DNA of 64,000 nucleotides, from NCBI GenBank assembly GCA_951406725.2, contig OX597814.1, forward strand, positions 145,638,001 through 145,702,000, written 5' to 3'. A program made the position numbers and the translations under genes. Each line of letters starts with the position of its first letter. Position 1 is the stretch's first letter. This DNA is from Octopus vulgaris (taxonomy: Eukaryota). The notes below the pieces were generated by a model, which saw nothing but the letters and a program-made list of their open reading frames with translations, was not told the origin of the DNA and did no database searches. Positions 27,898 through 42,977 of this stretch are shown one piece after another.

Positions 27898-30800
27898 ACA
27901 ACAATAATAATAATGCTACCATAAGTGTTGAGCGTAATGTAGCAGAGCGGAGGCAATTCTACGATGAGTTTCTAAGCTTTATTTCCATAATTTTACGCAT
28001 TGTACGATATACAGTCATGTGAAACTGAACTTCATTTCATCTTACATGTCAATATAAAGACGCATGATTATGTAGAAAAGTTGATTACTACATCACAACC
28101 ACCTCGTTTCTCTTCCTAAGCATCTCCATATCAAAGTATTACTGCTATTACTTCAAGCATGCTTGAGATAAATATGTTATGTGGATGCAATGCAAAATGA
28201 GCGTGTTTTGCTTAAATTGTTTCATCTTGTTCTTTTCTTGAAATTGTTCAAACAGAAAAATACGTTGAATTTACATCTCTTTTACTTCTCTACTTTCCTG
28301 TTTCTACTTCAATACATTTCTGAAGATATTATATTTAATTGTACATTTTAAAATAATATATACTACATAATGAAAAGAAATTTTCAAAGAATCATGATAC
28401 ATGTCTAAAAGAATCACGTCAAATCAAATTTCTTTTATCATCCGAACCAGTTTAATGGCACTCGTATACATTTCTCTTTCATCTATGTTTCCATTAGAGA
28501 TAATTTGGGCGCTATCAATCTTGAAATTGGTTCAGTCATTAGAAGTCACTTTGTTCAGTAAAATGAATCTATTTCTGATACTTGAATTAGATACACACGA
28601 GGTAAACAAACATTGAATCCATTCAACGTGATGTTTTATGTCAAGATTAAATTTGGTTAGTATCTCTCACATCACCCATCCTTCTGGATTTCTACATTAC
28701 TTCTAGAAATTGCGGAATAACGTACTGTCATTAGTCGTGCACAGTATCACTTCTGTTTTCCGTGAGATCTCATAGAAATGACATTACGTGTAAGAAAGGA
28801 AGAACATTTAATAATATATTAAATACATATACCTACACGAAGAACTAGCGACTGTCGCTCTACAGAAAATAAATTAAAAGGTATATACCAAAACACGATT
28901 AAAAATCGAATAATTCTAGTATAAGTATAAATGCATGCAATTATGTATTTATGTAGGAATATAGATCCAAATGTAACTCGATAATGATATGATAATTATC
29001 TAAAAGGAAAGAGAAATAAAATATTTAATCCTGCTGAAATATATTAAAAACATCGATGATGCTGAAATAATACAGACTAAATTATATTATGCTTCTATGA
29101 TAATTTGTATAAAGTATTGTCATAGACAGTTCGAAACTTATTCGTTAATTTTGTATCTTGGAATACCAATTCAGAAGTTGAATAATAAAAGAGCAACAAT
29201 AAGCTAGGATAAAACATAACAAATAGCATGGGAAAAAATTTTGTTTATATTTTTAAAGAGATTTGTAATTGTTTTCGAAATTTGTATCCATAAAACATTT
29301 GTATAGTGTGTTTAAATTTCTGTTTCCAATTTGCATAGATTCTTTTTTATTTTACTGTTGTCTTGCATTTTCTAATTTATAAGAGTAAAAATTCAGTATT
29401 CCTGAAATTATTCAATATCGCTTCATTAAATCATTAATCCAACGAAATAAATTCGATAAATACGCATAACACTGAGATAAAAACACCACACAAAAATAAA
29501 CCAGTGTTTATAAAATATTGTATTTTAAAATCTTAGACGATTTCTGAATATTTTTTTCTGAATATTAACCATTTTTCTTTGTTACTACTTTCTCATTATT
29601 ATGGAAGGAATGATAGTTGCAAAAATCAGATATCTCTTATGAAGAGGAGAAATGATATTGGATTCTTCCCTCCTTTTCAAAATACAAAGGCAAATAAGGA
29701 AGTCTCTTCGGATGTAAACCATATTTGAAAACATTTTCTAATTTATTTTGTAGCTGTAAATTAAATAGGAAAGATAAGCAGCCATGTGAAAAGTGACATG
29801 CAAATAGTAATTTTCGAGCAGATTGTATTTGGTATAAAAGTTAGTTATATAACAAAAATTGAATATATGATATATTTTAACAAATATCTTGCTAACATTT
29901 CAAAATATTTCCGGTTGGAGACAATTCATATCTGTTACGCAACCATAACCCATAGAAAAGATATCAAGATACAATTTAAAAAAAAGTAATAATGATAATG
30001 TAGGCCGCAGTGTCAAGTCAAAGTAAGGCGATATTTCATTATTAGTCCAGAAAATATTGTAGTTGATTGATTACAGATACTTGTGAAGACTAGCATCTAT
30101 TGTAAAATATTTAAATTACATGTTGTTTTTTTTAAAGAATAATAGTAAATCTGGAATGCGCAAATATCCGTGACTGTTGAATAGACAAATATCCGCTTAC
30201 ACGCAAACGAGCACAAAAAGGAAAAATAAACGAAAAAAAAAAAATTCACGTTATACCTCTAATTATTAAGTTCCTGCAAGATGTTAGGCTTATGCTATTG
30301 ATTTTATTTATTTTATACCAATCATTGTATTTTTTTTCTGTTAAATAGAAATTAAGAATGTGAAAAACAGTAATTTATATCTTAGAAAAACATCAATCTC
30401 ATTCTCTGCGATGAGTTTCAACGAATCTAAAGTTATATACTTTTATTTATGCGATAATAATTGTCGTATGCAGCTATATTTTAAACAACAGTTGAAACCA
30501 CTTGTTATATGCATTGCATGGAAAATGGCACACAGCAGGCCACCCTACATATCTTTGCGTCATAAAGTTCCACTCTTTTGGCAAGTAATTATTCTGAGTT
30601 TGTCTTCTAGAAAGCGCGACCTTTCTATTTAATTTTAAAATCTCAAAGTCCATATTTATATATTTACTCTTCTTTCAATTTCAACTGTATAATTTGCACA
30701 TACATAAAATGTCACCTCGCCTACATGAAACAATTGTTGAGCAATTAGTTATTTATTATAATGTTACAACTTGTGATATTAAAGCATGATGAGGCCTAGT

Positions 30801-31179
30801 GATGAGACAAATTTTTATAAGCAATTAAGCTATGTTTAATGTATCCGAGAATTAGATTTAGTGTTAGCTCAAGCGACGAATTAAGCTTAACAATGAAGAC
30901 AATTACCGGTTTCTCCTCTCACATAGTTTTCTCCATATTAAATCTCATTTACTAAGATTTCGCATATGCGAAGTTATCGAAGATGACGATTGCCCGAAGT
31001 AGCATACAATGAGAGTGAACGTAAAAGGACAAACATTATTTACATTATTTACATTTGACGGATACTTGTCCTCATCTTGTTTGTTGTTAACAAAACAGTT
31101 CGGCTGATATACCCTCAAGCCTTCAGCACGTTTCTTGAGGGAATTTCGAAACTGGGTTTTCATTCCTAAGGTATTTTCG

Positions 31180-31200
31180 ATGTTATTCTTATTATTATTA

Positions 31201-31286
<86 letters not shown>

Positions 31287-31310
31287 ATTATTATTATTAT
31301 TATTATTGTT
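31180..31310. repeat. (ATT)n microsatellite
   Basis: Direct reading. Confidence 0.95.
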
Positions 31311-31867
31311 GAGTGAGAGAGCAGTTCATGCCATCAAAGTGACACTGGGGTAAAATATACGAAGCCCAGTATACCCGTCATGACTACCCGTCTGATAAGG
31401 GTACACCAGGCACATGCATCACAACCATATGTGCGCGACATGGTGATCTCATATCAAGGTAAACAGCACATGACCTTGCAGGTGGGGCCCACTTAGAATT
31501 TTCTTCAGGTCGAGTAACCCATCCTGCTCAAAAGGTCCCTGAATAAGGGTTGTTTAAGGATGTTGAAAGAACCACCCATGTTTCCAGAGGTGAATTATTC
31601 AAACCCCAAAGAATCCTTCTCAACACATGGCTATGATGCTCCCCCACTACTTCTGCTCGTGATCAGAGATGCACATATTGTCAGCCTCTAAACAACATGC
31701 TCAACTGGTTAAGGTAAAAAAACTGACAAGCAAATCTGTGGTATTGAGCAGAATATTTGCTGTAGCCCATCTTTTATACCAAGACAAAACAGTGTACATG
31801 ATAACACTTCCAATCAGTTAAGATCAGAAGCCATGAGAGCCACTGCCTGGTACTGCATCAGGGCATT
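31311..31867 (-). mobile_element. Non-coding ~560-bp element inserted in (TAA)n, copy 1
   Basis: Nearly identical end to end to 45536-46093. (ATT)n on both sides; no pol III boxes or TIRs seen. Strand inferred from the AAT-tail convention of Dong copies. Confidence 0.85.
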
Positions 31868-31873
31868 TATTAA

Positions 31874-31940
<67 letters not shown>

Positions 31941-31963
31941 ATTATTATTATTATTAATATTAA

Positions 31964-32062
<99 letters not shown>

Positions 32063-32084
32063 CATTATTGTTATTACTATTATT
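31868..32084. repeat. (ATT)n microsatellite
   Basis: Direct reading. Confidence 0.95.
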
Positions 32085-32205
32085 AAGGTCACTGCTTGGA
32101 ATAAAACTCGGAATCTTGGGGCTAGTAACCTGTGCTCTTAACCACTACGCCACAGTGTTTAAGAGCGCGGGCTACTAATCCCAAGATTCCGAATTCGACA
32201 CAGCA
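32085..32205. mobile_element. Foldback of two head-to-head tRNA-like arms
   Basis: 32108-32146 is an imperfect inverted repeat of 32154-32192. Each arm reads outward AGTG(G/T)TTAAGAGC..GG.TACTA..CCCAAGATTCCGA.TT. Confidence 0.7.
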
Positions 32206-32633
32206 ATTAAGCTGTGTCGTTTCTGTGGAAGATGCAAGATTGCTCTCTAAATATAGACAGATGTACAAAAGCCAGGAAGATGACCATCATAGCAATCTAT
32301 CACTCAACAAAAAGACAACTCACACGCGCGATTGGCTGAAAAATCAACATGAAATTAAGTGTCGCGGTGCATTCTACGAGTGGTAAGTGGAGAGAAACAG
32401 CATCTGCTGCGTTCAAACAAGTTCATCGTATCTGGGATAAATACTAACAGATTATTAATCACATAGGAATAGGACTGGATGACAGACAATTTAAGATGAC
32501 CCCAATTCAACATGGCATCATAAACCACGCACAGTTGTATATTTGAGGTAGCATTATGTAGTTTAAGTAAATGGGGGAATCGTACACCTTTAGTATTAGG
32601 TCTGTTAATCTCATACATTAATTTGACCAATTA

Positions 32634-32839
32634 CTACTGACACAGGTCTACTGACACATGTCTACTGACACAGGTCCACTGACACAGGTCTACTGACACA
32701 GGTCTACTGACTCAGGTCTACTGACACAGCTTTACTGACACAGGTCCACTGACACACGTCTACCGACACAGGTCCACTGACACAGGTCTACTAGCACAGG
32801 TCTACTGACAAGACTACTGAAACAGGTCTACTGACACAG
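32634..32839. repeat. 14-bp minisatellite (CTACTGACACAGGT), about 14-15 units
   Basis: Direct reading, with unit variants such as CCACTGAC and CATGT. Confidence 0.92.
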
Positions 32840-34229
32840 ATTTTCTCAATCACAGATAAAAAAGTGTTCTTAACAAGATGAAAATATATCATGAATTCAT
32901 CGGATTGAGCCAATTATAATAAATGTAAGCTCTTAGCAAACCAATATTTAAACTGGGTTACATCATTTCAACTTTCCGAGTTTGTAAACAACCAAACTAA
33001 ATATTGTTTACTACAATATGGGTACGTTGATATGAAATGTATGGGTTAACTAAGAATGTCTCAAACAGAAACGGAAATAACTTCAATATTAAAGTATATG
33101 AAACTAACAAAGAAAACAACAATATGGTAAATGCTTTTTGCCATTTTCAGAATATCAGATTAAAACTTGCTGTGAATCATGACATTTTGGATGATATTAT
33201 TTGAATATATTTTTTATTCAGAGGCATCCTTTTGTCGAGTCCAGACTGTGGCATAGACTAGAATTAATACATTGATTTCTGGCAAGACAGATTTATGTAT
33301 TATTAAAAGAAGACAAAGCAATGTAAGTATATACACTGACATATCTATTGGATGCAGATATACATAAACACAGCATCAAATGTGCACATATGAATAATTA
33401 CAAAAGCGCAATTTTGTTGAACTATTTAAAAGTTAGTATAAACTACGAAATGAAGCAAATCATGAAAGACAAATATATTCGTAAATATATTATTCTGGTG
33501 TCTTTTTATGTATATTTTTGGAATTATTTGTAATTTCATCTGTGTAACACGATTATATATTCTGACTACTTTGTGATTTTATAAACAAACAAACGATATT
33601 CATGTAGCTAAGAAAAGTAGTGTACAACCGATAAATGATATACGAACTTAATCACAACTAAATTTGAAGACCATTACTACTGATGCACTAGTTGGTCATA
33701 ACCGTTGTCTTTTCTTCCGAGATATAAATAGTGAATATTATGGAAACGAATAACAAATTTCACATAGTCTGCGACAATCTATGATATAGTTCCTCGTTAT
33801 TTACTATTAGCTTGCATGCCAATGTTACATTATATGATCTATCTGAGATAAACCCAGTCAAGCGAATTTGAGATTATAAACCCAATGTCCAAAGGAAACT
33901 ATCTGAAGGTGTCGTTCAACAACATAAGGTTTCATTTCAAATACTTAATCTAGAGTGAAAGAATATTTCAATTAAATATCAATGCTGTTATTAGTAAAAA
34001 AAAATAACCCTCTGAATCAGAAGTGTTATGATATAAAAGCAAGAAGCAAAGGTGACCAATCAGAACCTTCAATAAACTACAATTTTGTAAATTACAGAAG
34101 ATTCGCTGGAAGTGTGCATCCGCTCAAACAGTGCTGGTAAAGGCACAAATTCTTGTGTTGCTAGACCTCTGGAACGATTCATATCCTAACCAGATGCTAA
34201 ATTAATCAATCTAACCTTTTATCGATCTG

Positions 34230-34325
<96 letters not shown>

Positions 34326-34918
34326 CACTTTTCTCTCTGGTCAACCTCTCATCAACTTCTTCAAGTACCACTTGAAAATTAAAAATTGAGAGAAGAGAGG
34401 CAAGCTTTGTCTAGCGAACGTTTTACAAAAATATGGGTGACTGTAGCAAGGATGGCACGTATGAATGACGAAGCCACCTTGAGCATAATCCTATGAACCC
34501 AGAAATTGAAAACAGAGGGTTACCCACTTGCAAACAAATGTGGTAACATATAACAATATTGACCAAGGTTACCGTGGTCTTTTTCGTAGGCTTTTCTTCC
34601 CACGGATAAACCTTACTTGCTTTCCCCTTTATACCATACATCATGACACTGTGATACACGATCCCTATTGATCATTTTTCTTTCCTCTTCCCCTTTTTTC
34701 CTCTTTTGTCTTCTTTTTTCATTTTCCCTTTCTTTTGGTCCTTTTCCCTTTTTTTTCTTTTCCTTTTTTCCTTTTTTTCTTTTTTTTTGTTCTTTTTTTC
34801 CCTTTTACGATCCCTTTTGATCGAAAACCTACGCCATCTTTTTTTTCTCCCCCAAAAGAAAAGCTCTACCTTGTAACTTGTCCCATCTGTGTGCAGCCCT
34901 GTGTGGCCAATAAAGAAA
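34326..34918 (+). mobile_element. 3' end of a Tx1/L1-clade LINE inside (TATC)n
   Basis: LINFFKYHLK...ERQALSSERFTKIWVTVARMARMN C-terminus (homologous to 35654-35854), pyrimidine-rich 3' UTR, AATAAA at 34909; (TATC)n on both sides. Confidence 0.75.
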
Positions 34919-35035
34919 CTTATCTATCTATCTATCTATCTATCTATCTGTCTGTCTATCTGTCTGTCTATCTACCTATATATATATATATGCGTATGTG
35001 TGTTTGTGAGTCAGTGTGTGTCTATGTGTGTGTCT

Positions 35036-35091
<56 letters not shown>

Positions 35092-35649
35092 TCACACATA
35101 TACACACAATTAATAAAGTAGATACGTTAGCATAATATAAATGTAACAGAGAGAGACAGAGGTTGGAGAGAGGGAGAGAGAGGGAGAGAGGGAGAGGGCT
35201 GCAAAATTTATTGAATAGCCAAAAGCGTCAGAATGTTTAAAATCTAAAAGCGGTGGTCAACAGAGATACCTCCCACCAGATTAATTAATTGTAATTTTGG
35301 AATGTGGGAAATTAGCTATATTTTGGAAAACTGAAGCAAGCAATGCACTTGTTTCCAGTTTATTAGACATCCTCAGCGTATTATGTATATTCAGAACCAT
35401 ACCAATCTGGTTTCGGGCAATTTCTTCCTCTCTTCAGTACTGGACAGCTCATCTGCTAAAGATTAATTTTTTATTAGGGTAATCAATATCGTACATAGGA
35501 AAGGAGAAAACAAGACAATACAAACAATTATTGTTCATATATTTAGTTTTTAAAAATATTGAATAATAGATAATTAAATTTGAGCTTATTTGGGGATTAA
35601 ACCTGATGGGCTGAAAAGCACAGCGACTATGCATTTTCCTTTTACCATG

Positions 35650-36430
35650 AGGATTAAGCAGGGTCACTTGCACCCACCTTTCTTACCACAGTCTTCCATT
35701 TCTTCTCTAACACACATCGTGTCAGGCAACTCCTCTCCAGCCCTATCCTGCTCTTCTGATGATATCTGAAATATGTCTGCAAACCAGGGCTAGAGATGAA
35801 GGATCTCGTCCCGAGTTCTTGTAATCTGGTGTTCCACACATATTCTTTCAACACTTCAACTGAACAGTTTTTTCTTCCGCCATTCTTTACTCCTTGCCAG
35901 TTAATTTATCCAACCTGTTTAAGGCGTAGCGTATAAGGTGAAGCTCGTCTTGGATCGGCCTGCGAGGAATGGCGCATGGCTGCGCTTTCCCTACAAGCTT
36001 CTCCACGACACGCGTTAACCTTTTTGCTAACACCTTGGCCAAAATCTTTAACTCTACATTCAGTAGATTTATGGGCCTGTAATTTCTTATACCGTCCCCG
36101 TTGTTGGGGTCCTTCTGGATCAGCGTCACCACTCTCCGATCAAGTCCGGCATGCTATGATAACACTCAAAGTGTAGACCATCCAGTCCCGGCGACTTGTC
36201 CCAGGCGCACTCGGCCAGAACCTCTTTGACCTCTGGAGGTGTAATCTGTCCTTCACAGCATTCCACCTCACGTGCCGAGAGTCGCGGTCCACCGGCGAGG
36301 AAGCTCTTAATGCACTCACCATGCTCGAGCGCGTCGCTCTGCCCAAACAAACAGGCGAAATGCTGGTGATAGGTCTTTTGCATATTTTTCCGTCCATAGA
36401 TCTTGCGCCCCTATTCGTCAGTTAAAGACT
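35650..36430 (-). pseudogene. Internally deleted Tx1/L1-clade ORF2 relic
   Basis: KSPGLDGL..E.Y and VTLIQKD...NYRPINLLNVELKILAKVLAKRL (RT N-terminus) are joined near 35870 directly to the C-terminal LKEYVWNTR...YFRYH segment. Confidence 0.8.
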
Positions 36431-37487
36431 GCTGTAGGTTTGGTAAAGACGAGTTACTGGGTGAAAGCATATTGCACAGAAGCACCCGTTTTATAGATAT
36501 GATGTTACTAGTCCTGAGCAAGAAAAACTGTATATTATAATGAGGTTTCAGCTCGTATTCCATTTGGATGAATATGGAATTAACTCCTTGTCCACATTAC
36601 TCCTAGGTTCGCTCTCACTGGGGATGGTAGTATATTCCAATTAAAAGCCATGGTTCAAATTGGCAAATTGTAAAACGTTCTTCTCTGTCTACTTGAGAAT
36701 TGAACAAAACTTATGCCTCAGTGGGATATCGGCAGAAAAGGAGACTGAAAAATATACACTGTAAATAAACTGGTAAAAAGCAACGGAAAAATCACTGCGG
36801 TATCTTTCTCAAAGAAAATCATGGCTTGAGAATTTGGCAGGAAGATTTGTGGTCACTGAGTCAATATAATCAGTAATACCACATATAGGAAGATAGAGAC
36901 AGAAATATAGCAAGAGAAAGAGGAATTGATACCATGCGTTTGTTATCTCTGTGAAGTGCTTCTTATCACCAGGGCATCAATTTAAAAGTATACTTGCAAA
37001 TTCTGAGATCTGAACTGCATTCGAAACATTCTGTTCGACATCATATATGTTTGTGTTATTGTTGTCGGTGGTTACCGAAAATTTGTTTGAAATATTTCAG
37101 ATTTTCACAAAAAATATCATAATTTTATACTTTTTCAAAATTAGAAACTCTACGTATAATACTACTGACTGTTGCATTTTCATTTTGTTTCGATGGTGTC
37201 TTACTCTGTTCCATATAATTTTTCATGATGAAGGGCGACTACAGTATTGATTAGGAATTTCTGTGCAAAAGAAAATGAAATTATTTTAAAAGTCAATTTA
37301 TATCATACATCGGTGCGGAAAAGTCTTTCAAACAGTTCATTAAAAATCTGTGTATGAAAGAAAATTTTTAATGAAATTTCTCTATTTCAGTTACATTAGA
37401 AATACATTCAGAATCCTCGGAGTAATTTCAGGCACGTCTGCACAAAGGCACGTTTGAACAAAGTCAGAAGTCAATAATAATATTAAA

Positions 37488-38708
<1,221 letters not shown>

Positions 38709-38759
38709 GAGCAGAATAGACAACACTACCTACAGCGACAAATGCATAATGTGTGGTAG

Positions 38760-39092
38760 GAGGGCTATCGTAAATATTCTGCCCAATAACACAGATTTGC
38801 TTGTCAGTTGTTTGACCTTAACCAGTTGAGCATTCCCTTGGTGGCTGACGATATGTGCATTTCTGATCACGAACAGAATTAGCGGGGGAGCATGATAGCC
38901 TTGTATTGAAAGTAATTTTGGGGGTTTACCACCGGAAAATATGGGTGGTTCGTTCATCATCCTTATACAACTTTTATGCAGGGACCTTTTGAGTGGGATG
39001 GGCTACTCGACCAGAAGAAAATTCTAATTGGACCCCATCTGCAAAGTATTGCGCTGTTTATCTTCATATGAGAACACCATGTCGCGCACGTA
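38760..39092 (+). mobile_element. Older partial copy of the 560-bp non-coding element
   Basis: AAATATTCTGCCCAATAACACAGATTTGCTTGTCAGTTG...CACCATGTCGCGCAC matches the reverse complement of 31430-31770. Confidence 0.8.
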
Positions 39093-40491
39093 CAGAGAGA
39101 AGAAAATAAATTGAGAAGAGAAGAACATGTTAATATTGAAATCACTTGCAAGTTCATTGCAAATCAAGCTTTAAAATAATTATATTCGAAGTCACACAGA
39201 CCAGGCAACTGGTATGGGTTCCGGTTGAAGCTCATTACCAAAGTAAGATATATAGATGAACGTTTCCTGCTTCGAAGTAATCATAAATTGGATGACTAAA
39301 AGCAAAATTTAACTTGTCATCAAGAAAGACAAAGATCTTAAGATCTCAAACTACAGACATAATTTTCAATAAAGTTTCTTGACAGGAGCTTTTGCAAATA
39401 AGGAGCGACATTTATTCTGTATTAAACAGAAAGGTTATCGAAATGACTGCCAAAAAAAGTAAACAACGAAATATAAATAAACAAGCGAAAGAAAAAAATA
39501 AGAATATTAATCAACAATATATTCGTAACATAATGCTTTAGGAGAAGAGCTAATGTAACAAAACCGCGGATTGTTTATAAATTTCCGTATTCTTAGATTT
39601 TTACGACACAGAATATGTTCAAAATTACGTGACATCATTGATTTGTTAAGAGTAAGCACACAAAATTGGACAACAGATTTAACTCTACGTGGGCACCAAC
39701 AAGAAAAAAGTCAAACTGCTTGGTGTTGACAGTTAGTGTTGTTAGTTTTTTCTCTTATCTTCAGGAGCCTAGAACTGATAAATTAAAATGTGGATACTAA
39801 TTAAAATAGCAAAAGAAAGTTAACCATTTATTATTCATAGACGATCCAAAGATTTTTGACACGACTTACAGTATATTGTATCATATTTTCGGTATGCTGA
39901 CAATATATTTTGAGAAAAATAGATGCGGTAATTTCAAGCGCGGAATCCTTTTGAGTAAGAAATGGACATGCTTAACGAGAAAGTACAAGAGGTTGACACT
40001 GATGAGGTTTAAAAATAGCTGTGAGTTATCGAACCTGATTGCATAAAGATTGGATAAAGTAGTAAGGGGAGAATATTTCCAAGAGTTGAGAAAGTTATTA
40101 ATATGCGAGCACGATGACGTAAATACCATAACTTCCACAAAATGATCAGTATCAAACCAAATATTGTCCGTGAATAATCAATTCAATACGGAATTTTTCT
40201 TAAGAAGTCAGTTTTGAAAGTAGTGAGTTTGAACCTAGTTTCCATGATCAAGTAACAAGATACATAAGTAAGTATATCGATAATGAAGATGTCTATGACT
40301 GATGTATAATTTATGGTGAAAAAACCCCCACATACCTTATATGCTCTTGATGTGCGGTAAACAGGGAAAATCCATTTCACGAATATTTGATTGCTCCCTA
40401 GAGCCAGATTCCTTCCATTACATATAGGTTTAAAATGACAGTTGCGTATATAAAGCAGTCATGAATGAAGTTAGTATATAAATGGGGAGCT

Positions 40492-40665
<174 letters not shown>

Positions 40666-41446
40666 TACATACTGTTATTGGTCAAAATTAGTTTTGATGT
40701 GTACAGAAATGTGAGCGTTAATTAACTAATAGATTAATTACATCTGTTTTCTTTGATATATTTTGATTTAAATGACATAAAGTCTGTGTTTATCCGGTCA
40801 GTCAATGTGTTACAACCCAGAACAAGCGAAATCATGAACTCATATTCTATAGAATGCTGTAAAATATAAATTTACGGTTTTCCATACAGTTATTATATTA
40901 CATATTATTATTATATGATTATGTAAACGTATGAAAATGTTATACCCAAAGACATACTCTCTCACATAAAACCATAGACATACACACATATATACACATA
41001 TATATTACATATATACGCATGTGAATAGGCAGGCTCACATAAATATATAGTCTAAACATAAAATGTCTATGCCTCCATATTTGTCGCTCACAAAGCATTT
41101 CATTCACAAACACTCTCTGCATCACTTCTTTTCTATTTTGTATTTCATAAGAATAATTTTATTTTATTAATTTTTATTTTGACTTCATAAGTTTTCCTAG
41201 ATATGTTTAACACTTCATTCGCGAATGATATATGATAAACCTTGTGTGAAAATACGTTCGGAAACGGAAGAAATTATTTGTTACAGCATCTTACTTGCTC
41301 ACGGTGAAAAAAAAACGGAGTAATCTTACATGAACTTCGAGTGTTTTGTGAAAATTTTCTCGTATAGAACTTTTTAATATTTCTATGATCTATCAATATG
41401 TATAATAGCTTCCTGAATCACTACTGCTATATACATACATACATAC

Positions 41447-41480
<34 letters not shown>

Positions 41481-41485
<5 letters not shown>

Positions 41486-41830
41486 CAACAATTGAGGGTA
41501 AAATTAATTAATTATTAATCAATTTCACCAAGTGTTCAGTATGCAAAGGGACCATTTAAGGCGAATTCAAATTATTACATTATATAAAAGGGCTTAGTAA
41601 AATAAATTACTTTGCCGCATACTGAACTCATTAGAAATAGCAGCTAAAAAACTTTTTTAAAGCTATTTCTAATACTTAAAGAAAATCTCTCTCATATATA
41701 GTGTTTGCTTGATTCAACTCACAAAAGTTTGGGGGTAAGGACATTAAAAAATCAAATGCTAAGGTTATTTGAGAACGTACGTTTCAAGATTAGTCAAAAC
41801 AACATTTCTATCTTCAGCTCAGAAACTCCT
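41481..41830 (-). mobile_element. Non-coding Penelope-type terminal-repeat relic between (TA)n tracts
   Basis: Hammerhead-like motif at 41770-41821; stems GTTCAGTATGC/GCATACTGAAC and ATTAGAAATAGC/GCTATTTCTAAT; (TA)n on both flanks. Confidence 0.6.
41770..41821 (-). ncRNA. Hammerhead-like motif, partly decayed
   Basis: Minus strand: tgag-CTGAAGA-taga...tctt-GAAA-cgtacg-TT-ctca. Intact core, palindromic stem III, weak stem II. Confidence 0.6.
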
Positions 41831-41868
41831 TTTATATATATATATATATATATACATATATATGTATG

Positions 41869-42195
<327 letters not shown>

Positions 42196-42799
42196 TATAG
42201 ATATGTGTGTGTTTGAGTTTGTTCGTGTGTGTTGTACGCATGTAAATATTATTTTGTGTTACAGTAAAGTTCTATCGTTACATATGTGCAGTAATTTAAA
42301 TACTTGGAAAGAATTGAATCATTCCCATGTCTACTTTCAGAATAATACTATCCTAGGTTACGTAAGCCGTGGATCTTTGATACGGCTTCGCGTATAGACA
42401 TTTGATTAGAACAAATTTGTTGCGGCAAGGTATCTATTGCAGTATTATTTTCACTAGAGAATCAACTCGATATTAGTTGTGGCTGAGCAGGGAATGATCT
42501 AGACTACAGAATATCCAGGACTCACTGTAAGCATCACCACCACCACCACCACTAGGCGTTCTTAATTTTTTTCGCGCCAAATTCAGAACAACTTCAGCAT
42601 GGCCGCGGCCTTCGGGCTAAAACATTTTTAAGGATTTAAGGATTTATAAAGAGTAAATATCCAAAAGCAAATAACTATATAGACATTATTATTGCTATTA
42701 TTATCTGTGATAAATATAGATGATTGATAATAACAACAACAATAATATAGGTGACTGCAGGCATTAAATAACCATAGATATCTATACAGTTAACGATTC

Positions 42800-42904
42800 T
42801 ATTTATCATAAGGGCACACGAATTTTTCAGTGTCATTGGTGGTTAAGTTGAGTATTTTAGCTCTACTTTCTAGTAGGTAAGCGCCTCATGTGCCCTTATG
42901 ATAA

Positions 42905-42907
<3 letters not shown>
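42800..42907. mobile_element. 108-bp MITE-like element with perfect 19-bp terminal inverted repeats
   Basis: TATTTATCATAAGGGCACA (42800-42818) / TGTGCCCTTATGATAAATA (42889-42907). Confidence 0.7.

Positions 42908-42977
<70 letters not shown>

Noticed and set aside
31085-31135. Hammerhead-like relic on the minus strand (aggct...agcc-GAA)
   Set aside because: Stem II is plausible but both core segments are mutated; too decayed to call.
32634-32839. Possible CRISPR-like array
   Set aside because: Contiguous 14-bp units with no unique spacers and no cas genes; a eukaryotic minisatellite.
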